Source: Octopus bimaculoides (taxonomy: Eukaryota). From it: a stretch of DNA of 46,167 nucleotides. Where the stretch lies: the NCBI RefSeq assembly GCF_001194135.2, contig NC_069006.1, positions 5,852,536 to 5,898,702 on the forward strand, given 5' to 3'. Numbering within the stretch: the first letter of the stretch is position 1; the number at the start of each line of letters is the position of its first letter. Both the position numbers and the translations under genes were made by a program. Positions 36,871 to 46,167 of the stretch are shown in pieces. The notes under the pieces were generated by a model. The model worked only from the letters and a program-made list of their open reading frames with translations, did not search any database and was not told the origin of the DNA.

Positions 36871-36872
<2 letters not shown>
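36440..36872 (+). mobile_element. RTE 3'-tail element with ~67-bp internal repeats
   Basis: Repeats GCCAGTGCC.CCTGACT..; tail AGGAAGGGCATCCAGCTGTAGAAAC...GATGAT. Confidence 0.85.
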
Positions 36873-36948
<76 letters not shown>

Positions 36949-37694
36949 CTGTGTATGTATGTGCATTACATTAATCACTATGCCAGACTGGAAGAGTCTA
37001 GATGGCAAGGTAAGTGTATGAAGGAGGTGACAGAAGAGGGTACCTACCAGGAATGCTGCATATTCCTAATCATTGTCAAAGTTACGTGTTAGGGGTGCAA
37101 ATACTATAACATACATAAACCCCATCACACACACACACACACACACACCTTGTCCGAACTACAGGAAGCGAAATAAATAAAATAAAGTGTCTCCCTCTCT
37201 CCAAGCTGAATAAAATGTTTACATGTCAAACAGTGAAACTGCTCTGATAGAGAGTGAGTTCAGCCAGTGGTCTGTACAGTGTTACTATGGAGTCAGTTGG
37301 TGCAACATTGGCAGGAGTTCAACTGATCTATCCTCACCTACTCAGGTTTTACAACATAGCAACATAAAAATGTGTTTGTTGTTGCTATTTAGATTCCATG
37401 TCAGTCCCTGACAGGGGAAAAAAAGACTTAATGAGGAAAAGCATTCTTGTTATTCTTGCATTCTTTTATTGGTTATAGTCTGAGGCTGTGCCTATGCTGG
37501 TGCAGTCTTTGGTTTTCCTTTTGTTTTTGAAGCTGTATGTGGAGGTGTGGCTATGTGCTAAATTTGCTTCCCAACTACATGGCTGTGGGTTCAGTCCCAC
37601 TGTGTGACACCTTGGGCAAGTGTCTTCTACTTTAACCTTTGGCTGACCAAAGCCTTGTGAATGAATTTAGTAGATGGAAAATGAAGGAACCCCA

Positions 37695-37733
<39 letters not shown>

Positions 37734-37889
37734 GGTGTGGTTTTGTTGTAAGAAGTTTGCTTCCCAGCCACATGGTTTTGGGTTTACTTCCACTTCATGG
37801 TACCTTGAGCAGGTGTCTTCTACTATAGCGTCAGGCCAACCAAAGCTTAGTGAGTGGATTTGACACATGGAAACTGAAAGAAGCCCATT

Positions 37890-38235
37890 GAGAAGACCTG
37901 TTGAGTCAAGTGAAATCGTTGTCATGACTGATGCCAGTACTGCCTGACTTGCACCTGTGCCAGTGGCACGTAAAAAGCATCATTCAAGTGTGCTTGATGC
38001 CAGTACCCCTAGACTGGCTCCTGTGCTGGTGGCGCGTAAAAGGCACCATTCGAGCATGGTCATTGCCAGTGCCACCTGACTGGCCCCTCCATGCCAGTGG
38101 CACGTAAAAAGCATCATTCAAGTGTGCTTGATGCCAGTACCCCTAGACTGGCTCCTGTGCTGGTGGCGCGTAAAAGGCACCATTCGAGCATGGTCATTGC
38201 CAGTGCCACCTGACTGGCCCCTCCATGCCAGTGGC
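37890..38235 (+). repeat. Tandem array of RTE-3'UTR units; exact 134-bp (2x67) period running into a gap
   Basis: CAGTGGCACGTAAAAAGCATC.. starts at 37961, 38095 and (partial) 38229. Confidence 0.9.
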
Positions 38236-40221
38236 NNNNNNNNNNNNNNNNNNNNNNNNNNNNNNNNNNNNNNNNNNNNNNNNNNNNNNNNNNNNNNNNN
38301 NNNNNNNNNNNNNNNNNNNNNNNNNNNNNNNNNNNNNNNNNNNNNNNNNNNNNNNNNNNNNNNNNNNNNNNNNNNNNNNNNNNNNNNNNNNNNNNNNNNN
38401 NNNNNNNNNNNNNNNNNNNNNNNNNNNNNNNNNNNNNNNNNNNNNNNNNNNNNNNNNNNNNNNNNNNNNNNNNNNNNNNNNNNNNNNNNNNNNNNNNNNN
38501 NNNNNNNNNNNNNNNNNNNNNNNNNNNNNNNNNNNNNNNNNNNNNNNNNNNNNNNNNNNNNNNNNNNNNNNNNNNNNNNNNNNNNNNNNNNNNNNNNNNN
38601 NNNNNNNNNNNNNNNNNNNNNNNNNNNNNNNNNNNNNNNNNNNNNNNNNNNNNNNNNNNNNNNNNNNNNNNNNNNNNNNNNNNNNNNNNNNNNNNNNNNN
38701 NNNNNNNNNNNNNNNNNNNNNNNNNNNNNNNNNNNNNNNNNNNNNNNNNNNNNNNNNNNNNNNNNNNNNNNNNNNNNNNNNNNNNNNNNNNNNNNNNNNN
38801 NNNNNNNNNNNNNNNNNNNNNNNNNNNNNNNNNNNNNNNNNNNNNNNNNNNNNNNNNNNNNNNNNNNNNNNNNNNNNNNNNNNNNNNNNNNNNNNNNNNN
38901 NNNNNNNNNNNNNNNNNNNNNNNNNNNNNNNNNNTATATATATATAGAAAGAGAGATGCACACACATGCAAAAAACAATGAGTATTCAGGCACCCATTCC
39001 CCCTTTCATGCCTGTTCCCTCATACAGGCACTTGTGTGCGTGCGTGGGTGTGCACATGAATTTAAAGAATGGTAGAAACAACACATGTACCAACACCAAA
39101 TTGAAGCAGCTGCAGTCTGGTGTTGGTGGATTAAATAATTCTCCAGTAAAAGTGTCTGAAGCAAATTGCAATATGTTCGTGCATTGCACATGTGTTAAAG
39201 AAATTACACTGGAAATTCTTTGTGTACGTGTGTGTATGTGTGTGGATATTATATGAACGTGTGCTTGTGTGTGTGTGTGTATATATATGTGTGTGTACAC
39301 ATACAAAGACACATATACATATATGAGCAAAATGAGTGTGTGCTTTATGTGCAAGAGCATTTTTATATTTTGTAGATGTATTTATATTATTTAATTTCTC
39401 CCCACCCCATCTCTCGCTCTCTCTTGACTACTCTTTCTCTTTTACTCATATCTTTGTCATCTTCCTCCCTCTCTCTCTCTCTCTGTATTATACCTTCTCT
39501 TGCCTACTGTTCAGTCTCTCTCTCTCTCTCACATTCTTATTTCTCTTTATCAATCAACTCCCAAAATCGTACACCAAACTAATACTCAAAATTTACATTT
39601 CTAGTAATATGTATGGGAAAGAAATAATTGTTTTCTATAGACATTGTGTAATATTACTAGTGTATGTGTGTGTGTGTGTGCGCATGTGTGTATTACTAGA
39701 GTGTGTATGTGTAAGCATTTGGTTATTTGTATTTATGGTATATGTTCCTTCTTATCATGGAAGGACACTAAGTTTATCTCTCTGAGGGCAGAGAAGTGTC
39801 TCTTGAGTGTTCTCAGGATACCCTCTGTCCTTGTTTGTTACAGACCCTTTTTATTAACTTTGAATAACAATGTCAACATTCTGAGGAGAGGCATTCGGGT
39901 CTTCACATCTTAGTCATAATCCCTTTGTCATCATAAGTTGATTGATTGAGAAATACTTGAGTAGGGCAAATGCAATTGTTGCCACTAGGCATTTGTTTAC
40001 CTTATTTTGAAGTGAAGATAATTTCTGTAAACCAAGAATACACACACTTGCATGTTTGCATATATGTATATAAGGTATTGGTATCTAGAAGACCCAAAGA
40101 GTGGCAGGTAATGCTAAGTAAGTGCTATAGACAGACCGTAGTTAAACTCTTGGTTCGATAGTGATACAAGAGAGGAGTCTAATGTGGGTCTCGTATTAGC
40201 ATGTATATATATATATATTTA

Positions 40222-40522
40222 TATTAGACAAAAAGAGATAACAAAGCCAAGGCTGTGAAGAGTTTTCAGGACATTTATAAGCGAAAAGATATTGATATAC
40301 TCTTACAGCTATTTCTGATATATTAGGGATATCCCTTCGTCAGAGACGATGTGAGATGGTTAGATAGAAGTAATTATCTGAGGTACCTCTATTTAACCAT
40401 CTCACATTGTCTCTACTGAAAGGATATCCATAATATCCCAGAAACAGCTGTAAGACTATATCCATGTCTCTTTCCTGAAAACTCCTCACAGCCTTGGCTT
40501 CGTTATCTCTTTTTGTCTAATA
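40222..40522. mobile_element. ~300-bp foldback (palindromic) element in a (TA)n tract containing two inverted hammerhead-like motifs
   Basis: Arms 40222-~40370 and ~40385-40522 are imperfect reverse complements (TATTAGACAAAAAGAGATAAC.AAGCCAAGGCTGTGA.GAGTTTTCAGGA...). Each arm carries a CUGANGA...GAAA-type motif. Confidence 0.85.
40300..40347 (-). ncRNA. Hammerhead motif with intact catalytic core (left arm of the foldback)
   Basis: GUCU-CUGACGA-AGGGAUAUCCCUAAUAUAUCA-GAAAU-AGCU-GUA-AGAG: palindromic AGCU stem III and GUA triplet; stems I and II are partly eroded. Confidence 0.6.
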
Positions 40523-41343
40523 TATATATATATATATATATATAGCCAAATCAAAGAACAAATAATTATACACGTAGCACCTTTGACCATTTTGGGGTCT
40601 CGGAGACTGGCAAATGATGTTATGTTCAAAAGGGAGAATCTAGTCTTAATGCCTACAATTGATTGGACTCTGCTAAAAAGACTTAGAAGGCAGAGTGTGG
40701 AGTTAAATTTGGCAATGGAGTAGGCCCATGATTAAGACCAAGAATTGCCTCAACTTAGAGTAAACTAGCTGCTTTCATTTCCGAAATATTCAAAGCACTT
40801 CCCAGTATCTAAGTGAATAATGATATCACTAGCCTTAGTTTGAAAACAAAGTGTTCTGGTTCAAATCCAGTTAGGGACCATAAAATCCTGTCCAGGATTA
40901 CCGGATGACAATCCGTGACCAAACTTATTTGATTGCAGTGGAAATATAAATATTGTAAATATCTGGTGTAATGTTGTGATTAATTGTCCAAAAATTTATT
41001 AACTGTATCCAGTTTTATTAAGTGTTACATATTGCAATTTACCTGATGGACTGGAGTCCAGTGAATCTTTATCAATATCTGTGTGTGTGTATAATGAGGG
41101 TGCATGGCCTAGTGGTTAGAGTGTTGCTTGTACTCTGGATTGTGAGATTGTGGTTTCATTCCTGGACCAAGTGGTGGATTGTATTCTTTGCTTACATGGT
41201 TCCTGACATGTGGCACACTTTGCGCCTGTTCAGGTGATATTGCATTGATGGATGGAGCAAACAAATATACCACACAACAAACATTTGATCACTATAAACA
41301 AATCATTTGTGCTGGTCATTCAGCAAAAAATGAACACTCATAC

Positions 41344-41430
41344 GTTGTCTTTGATGGGCTATTCCATCATGTGTTGTCTTTGATGGGCTATTCCATCATA
41401 TGTTGTCTTTGATGGGCTATTCCATCATGT
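41344..41430. repeat. 29-bp tandem repeat x3 with internal hairpin
   Basis: GTTGTCTTTGATGGGCTATTCCATCAT(G/A)T; each unit has a TGATGG/CCATCA stem; no spacers. Confidence 0.95.
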
Positions 41431-41764
41431 GTGTGTATGTTGTAGTTCAAGTGAAACAAACAAGTGGCATCACACGTACAACAATAATTAATATGAGAAA
41501 TATTCCTTGCACCATCAGTGGAAGGAAGTCAATCTGTCCTTCATGAATTGAAGAATGTTTGGCCCAGATCTTTGAGAATGTTATCAAATGTGGTAGGCAT
41601 CTATGGATGGTCAAAAGGTATTATAGTTAAAACATTGTGACTGTAACAACCAAGATGAAGACATCATTTGGAATATATCAGAGTATAATTCTACTGCAGT
41701 AACCTAAGACTTGTAACTTCTCCCACTGTTAAATTATAAAGCCCTACCGATTCATTCGTGTTAC

Positions 41765-42130
41765 TATCCATCCATCCATCCATTTCCGCTGCCTGCTATT
41801 CCTGCAAGGGTTGTGGGAGTAGAGTCCTCTGGCACCACCTCCTCCATAGGGTCCTATCAAAAGCAACCGTCATTGCACTTTCCTGCTGAGACTGTAGATA
41901 CTATCAAACCATCTCATTCTTGGTCTGTTCTTGGCTCTCCTGCTGGTTGACTCAGTAGGAAGAATTTATCTTGTGATCCTTTACTGCGACATTGTAATCA
42001 CATGTCTGCTGCACTGGGACTATGACCCCTTCAGTTTGGAGAAATAGTGGCTAGACCTGGAGGAGATCCACCTGATCTCCAAGCTCTGCATGCTGTTGAG
42101 TAGCATTACCTCAGAGATCGTTTGGAGGAA
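41765..42130 (-). mobile_element. Old RTE-like LINE 3' end (different family) with (GGAT)n tail
   Basis: Minus-strand RRAKNRPRMRWFDSIYSLSR..AMTVAFDRTLWRR resembles the RTE C-terminal R.GRP..RW...DR..WR motif; tandem-repeat tail. Confidence 0.6.
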
Positions 42131-42134
42131 CCCC

Positions 42135-42475
42135 GAGGTGCATGTCTCAGTGGTTAGAGTATCGGGCTCAATATCATGAGGTAGTAAGTTTGAGTCCCAG
42201 ACTGGAATGTGTGTTGTGTTCTTAAGCAAGACACTTTATTTCATGATTGCTCCAGTTCACTCAGCTGTTGAAATGAGTTGTGACATCACTGATGCCAAGC
42301 TGTATCGGCCCCTTTGCCTTTTCCCTTGGATATCATCAGTGGCGTAGAGAGGGGAGGCTGGTGTGCATGGGTGATTGCTGGCCTTCCATAAACAACCTTG
42401 CCTGGACTTGTGCCTCAGAGGGTAACTTTCTAGGTGCAAGCCTATGGTCATTCATGATTGAAGGGGGGTCTTTTT
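42135..42475 (+). mobile_element. SINE family D, near full length
   Basis: tRNA-like head, GTGTTCTTAAGCAAGACACTTTATTTC..TTGCTCCAGTTCACTCAGCTG domain and T-rich end. Confidence 0.75.
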
Positions 42476-43203
42476 GCTATAGAAAGAAAAGTTAGAAAAT
42501 AGCACACCAACATGTCAGATATTTGGATAGCTAATGGCTGTTTTGTTTTATTTTGATATACAAGCAAACCTCAACTTATGTTGTTTTAAGATATACCTTC
42601 TTTGATTTTATATTGTTTTCCCAAGAAGTTAATGGGAAAAAAAAAAAAAAAAAACTCAACTTCAGTTGATTTATTCAACTTTATGTCAGTCAAAGTGAAC
42701 TTATTTAAAAGCAACAAGTTTTTCTTTTTAAAAAAAACCTACTTAAAAACCAATACTGATGTAGAAAATCATATAAAATACACATGAAAACCCATTTATT
42801 CAGACATGTGAGATTTGAAATTTTTAAAAATGTTTTTTTTATGTGAAGTCAGTTTTTGAGTTAAGTCACATGTCTTGGAACTGGAGCCAATGACTGCTGA
42901 GAAATGAGATTTGGCTGTGTATTATTCAGATTATTATAAATGGTTTTACGTAAATGCTCTTCTTATGCCTTTACTATCTGCTTTGAAAAGACAAAAAAAA
43001 CTAAAACNNNNNNNNNNAATAATAACTGTGTAACAAACATCCTTGTTTTTCTCTCTCTTTGTTTTTTTTTTTGTTTTTTTTTTGTTTAATTAATTAAGCA
43101 ATTAATTAACCAATTGAAGATTGAAATTGTAATATTTTGTGATACTAACATATAGACTTCTCTCTTTCTTTCTTTCTTTCTCTTTACCATTTGCTTCTTG
43201 AAG

Positions 43204-43248
43204 GAAAAAGTCACTGGAAGGAGGTCATGATCTCAGGCATAAATGCAG
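43204..43248 (+). CDS. Candidate 45-nt cassette microexon (phase 2-2), possibly of Dvl: (Q)KKSLEGGHDLRHKC(S)
   Basis: Perfect branch point TACTAAC at 43143-43149, a ~45-nt polypyrimidine tract, acceptor AAG at 43201-43203 and donor TGCAG|GTATAA. Length is divisible by 3 and it is open in the phase-2 frame left by the Dvl exon. No protein homology recognised. Confidence 0.45.
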
Positions 43249-43602
43249 GTATAATATCATTATAATATCATTATAATATCAATATAAACTACTCTCATTT
43301 TATTTTCCTTTTGTTACTCCGTCTCTTGTTAAAAGTTGCTGTTGTTTGAGAGTGTTGGAAAAAAATACCTTGTTATTACTATTGCTTCCATCACCAACTC
43401 CACAACCAGCTGAGATGGCATTATTTATCTTGTCTGTGTGTCCTATCTTGCTCTGTTTACTTGTTACATCAGCTCTCTCCTCCACCTCTTCTTTATATCC
43501 ACCCCTAATTATACTAGAGAGAGAGAGAGAGACTGTTCATGGCACTAACTGTTGTCTCATTACCACCCCTGCTTAGCTCTCACTTGTACCATTGACCTCC
43601 AG

Positions 43603-43644
43603 TTTAGCATTTAAACGTGAACGACAACGGCAGCAACAAAAATG
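43603..43644 (+). CDS. Candidate 42-nt cassette microexon (phase 2-2), possibly of Dvl: (H/S)LAFKRERQRQQQK(W/C)
   Basis: Acceptor gacctccAG (43601-43602), donor AAATG|GTGAGC, branch-point candidates CACTAAC (43543-43549) and CTCAC (~43579-43583). Only the phase-2 frame is open. No homology recognised. Confidence 0.4.
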
Positions 43645-43777
43645 GTGAGCCTATTGTGAAGAGCCTCTATGTAATCACTCAATTTGCTAGAAATAGCTGC
43701 CAAACTCATTACCCTGTGTAACACAATTTTTTGTCCTTGGGTTGCTGCTGTTATTTTTCTGTTTACTTTACCCCTAG

Positions 43778-44047
43778 AAAGTATGAAAAATGGCTTCAAA
43801 CTTTGCTTTTGCAACAACATTTATTCAGACTCCAAAATCCCTTTCAACACGTGGCTATTATGCCACCTCACTACTCTTGCTCAAGATCAGAGATGCACAT
43901 ATTGTCAGCCACTAAGGGACATGCTCAACCGGTTAAGATCAAGCAACTGACAAGCAGATCTGTGGTATTGAGCAGAATATTTGCTATAATGATATTTCTG
44001 CTTCAGCAACTCAGAGCTGAATCTCTCTGAAATGTAATGGAAAACAG
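43778..44047 (+). other. Candidate 270-nt exon carrying in-frame stops (poison or terminal exon?)
   Basis: Strong acceptor ttatttttctgtttactttacccctAG (43776-43777) and donor AAACAG|GTCAGT (GT 44048-44049). All three frames contain stops. Confidence 0.25.
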
Positions 44048-44207
44048 GTCAGTTTCAAAACATTGATGTCCAGGTGACAAAAGCAAAGGGAATAATAGTC
44101 ATTCCCTTTGATTTCAAGATATAAGCAAATAGGAAATAACACCTACTACTGCCCCCCCCCCCAATTCATTACACAGTGTTAATTCTATTTTCATTATTGA
44201 AAGTTGA

Positions 44208-44421
44208 AAGGCAACAGGCTAGCAGAATCATTAGTATGTTGGGCAAAATGCTTAGCAATATTTCTTCTAGCTCTTTAGGTTCTGAGTTCAAATTCTGGTT
44301 AGGTTCACTTTGCCTGTTGTCATCAAGGGGATCAATAAAGTATGTACCAGTTGAACTCTGTGGTCAGTGTAATCAACTAGCTCCGTCCCCCCAAAATTCT
44401 GAGTTTTGTGCTAATAGTAGA

Positions 44422-44454
<33 letters not shown>

Positions 44455-45285
44455 CATAATAATTATCAACCTCAGTGGAATTTGAACTCAGAAAGTAACG
44501 GCAGACTAAATATAATAATGATAATTATAATTATTATGAGTTGATGAGCTAGCAGACTCATTAACATGTGGGACAAAAATGCTTAGCAGCATTTCTTCTG
44601 TTGTCCTCTACTGGGGGTCAATAAAATATGTACCAGTTGAACTCTGGGGTCAATGTAATCAACTAGCTCCCTCCACCAAAATTCCAAGCCTTGAGCTAAT
44701 AGTAAAAATAATAATACTTTGCCTGTCACCCTTTCGGGGTCGATGAATTAAGTACCAGTTGCGTACTGGGTTAATCTAATCGACTGGCCCCCTCTCCACA
44801 AATTTCAGGCTTTGTGCCTATAGTGGAACGGTTCGTCGTCGTCGTTGTCAAGGTAATGAACTGGCAGAATCGTTAGCATGCCGGCAAGATGCTTAGTGAC
44901 ATTTCATGTGTCTTTAACGTTCTGAGTTCAAATTCCGCCAATAAAATACCTTTCCTCCATTAGGTACCAATAAAATTAGTCCCAGCTGGGCACTGAGATC
45001 AATGTATGTCCCCCACTCCCTAAATTTGCTGACCTTCTGCCAAAATTTGGATGCGTTATCATTAAAGTGGTGAGATGGCAGAATTGTTAGATCATTGAAT
45101 GAAATGTTTAATAATATTTCTTCCAACTCAATAAATTCTGAGTTCAAATTCTGCTGAGGCTAACTTTGCCTTTCATCCATTTGGCAGGTTGATAAAATAA
45201 GTACTAGTTCCATTCTGGGGCTGATGTAATCGACTTACGCCCCACCCTGGGGCCAATGTAATTCACTTACCCACTCCCTGCAAAT
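44208..45285. mobile_element. Cluster of at least 5 SINE family B copies or fragments
   Basis: Repeated (G)CTGGCAGAAT.GTTAG..ATGCTTAG..TTCTGAGTTCAAATT..GTACCAGTT motifs. Confidence 0.8.
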
Positions 45286-45287
45286 TT

Positions 45288-45672
45288 GTTGTTGTTGGCA
45301 CTCTGTTGCTTATGACGTCGAGGGTTCCAGTTGATCCGATCAATGGAACAGCCTGCTCGTGAAATTAACGTGCAAGTGGCTGAGCACTCCACAGACACGT
45401 GTACCCCTAATGTAGTTCTCGGGGATATTCAGTGTGACACAGTGTAACAAGGCTGACCCTTTGAATTACAGGCACAACAGAAACAGGAAGTAAGAGTGAG
45501 AGAAAGTTGTGGTGAAAGAGTACAGCAAGGCTCGCCACCATCCCCTGCCGGAGCCTCGTGGAGCTTTGGGTGTTTTCGCTCAATAAACACTTACAACGGC
45601 CGGTCTGGGAATCGAAACCGTGATCCTATGACCGCGAGTCTGCTGCCCTAACCACTGGGCCATTGCGCCTTC
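45288..45672 (-). mobile_element. tRNA-derived SINE family C, full length
   Basis: Minus strand GAAGGCGCAATGGCCCAGTGGTTAGGGCAGCAGACTCGCGGTCATAGGATCACGGTTTCGATTCCCAGACC (A/B boxes) through to a (CAA)n tail. Confidence 0.9.
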
Positions 45673-46167
45673 ACTCCCTGCAAATTACTTACCTTCTTTC
45701 AAAACTTGAAACCACTATTGTTAGTATTGATTTTTCGCATAGATACATGTCCCACTTATCTGCAGTTGCACAGGGATTGAACCATGAGCCATGTGGTTAG
45801 AAGAAAGCATCTTAACTATGTATCTATGTCTGCTCCTAACGATTTATGCAAGCGTTTCAGTTTCACAGTTGCACCTAATTCAAGTACAGGTGAATGTGGA
45901 GTTGGATGGATGAGGCAGTTATTGATGACATGTCATTAGGTTTTTTCTTTTTTTTTTTTTTTCTGATAAAGAAATTCCGATTTTATTGATTAATATTTTC
46001 AAATTAGCTAAGCGCTTAATTGTTGTTGTTTCTTTTTTGCATACAAAATAAAATAAAAAAGGCAAATTGAAAGGGAGAGGTAGAGAGAGGGGGAGAGAAA
46101 GAGAGAGAGGTAGAGAGAGAGAATGAATGTGTAAGAGTGTGTGGGAGGGAGGGAGAGAGAGAGAGAG

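Noticed and set aside
37280-37345. 66-nt phase-2 ORF between CAG and CAG|GTTTTA
   Set aside because: No polypyrimidine tract or branch point and a weak donor.
41344-41430. CRISPR-like palindromic 29-bp repeats
   Set aside because: No spacers, no cas genes, eukaryotic context.

Overview
AT-rich, microsatellite-dense, gapped eukaryotic (non-prokaryotic) DNA. It is most likely from a coleoid cephalopod of the genus Octopus, inferred from its SINE/LINE repertoire and simple-repeat density. Almost the whole window is intronic. It holds one securely identifiable host exon on the + strand (26502-26614, LVPAESSDNQSQCTDSQAGDIPPERLGGIGDSRPPSF), the exon just after the DIX domain of Dishevelled (dsh/DVL). 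I could not find the neighbouring conserved Dvl exons, so both flanking introns are probably very large unless those exons fall in N gaps. The rest is mostly transposon relics: four tRNA-derived SINE families, an RTE LINE and many copies of its 3' tail, a Penelope-like element, R4/Dong RLE fragments, a non-autonomous Helitron, and mariner-, piggyBac- and hAT-type MITEs. Three observations stand out. (i) A repeat-free island at ~43.1-44.1 kb has two candidate frame-preserving phase-2 microexons (45 and 42 nt) that fit the Dvl exon, plus a possible stop-generating exon. (ii) There are three distinct Penelope-type minimal hammerhead ribozyme motifs, one family forming a ~300-bp foldback element with twin inverted hammerheads. 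(iii) Closely spaced inverted SINE pairs should form long dsRNA in the Dvl pre-mRNA, and a near-consensus CTCF site lies in a CpG-retaining intronic patch. Most ORFs in the supplied track are microsatellite or N-gap artefacts. Repeat boundaries are approximate.
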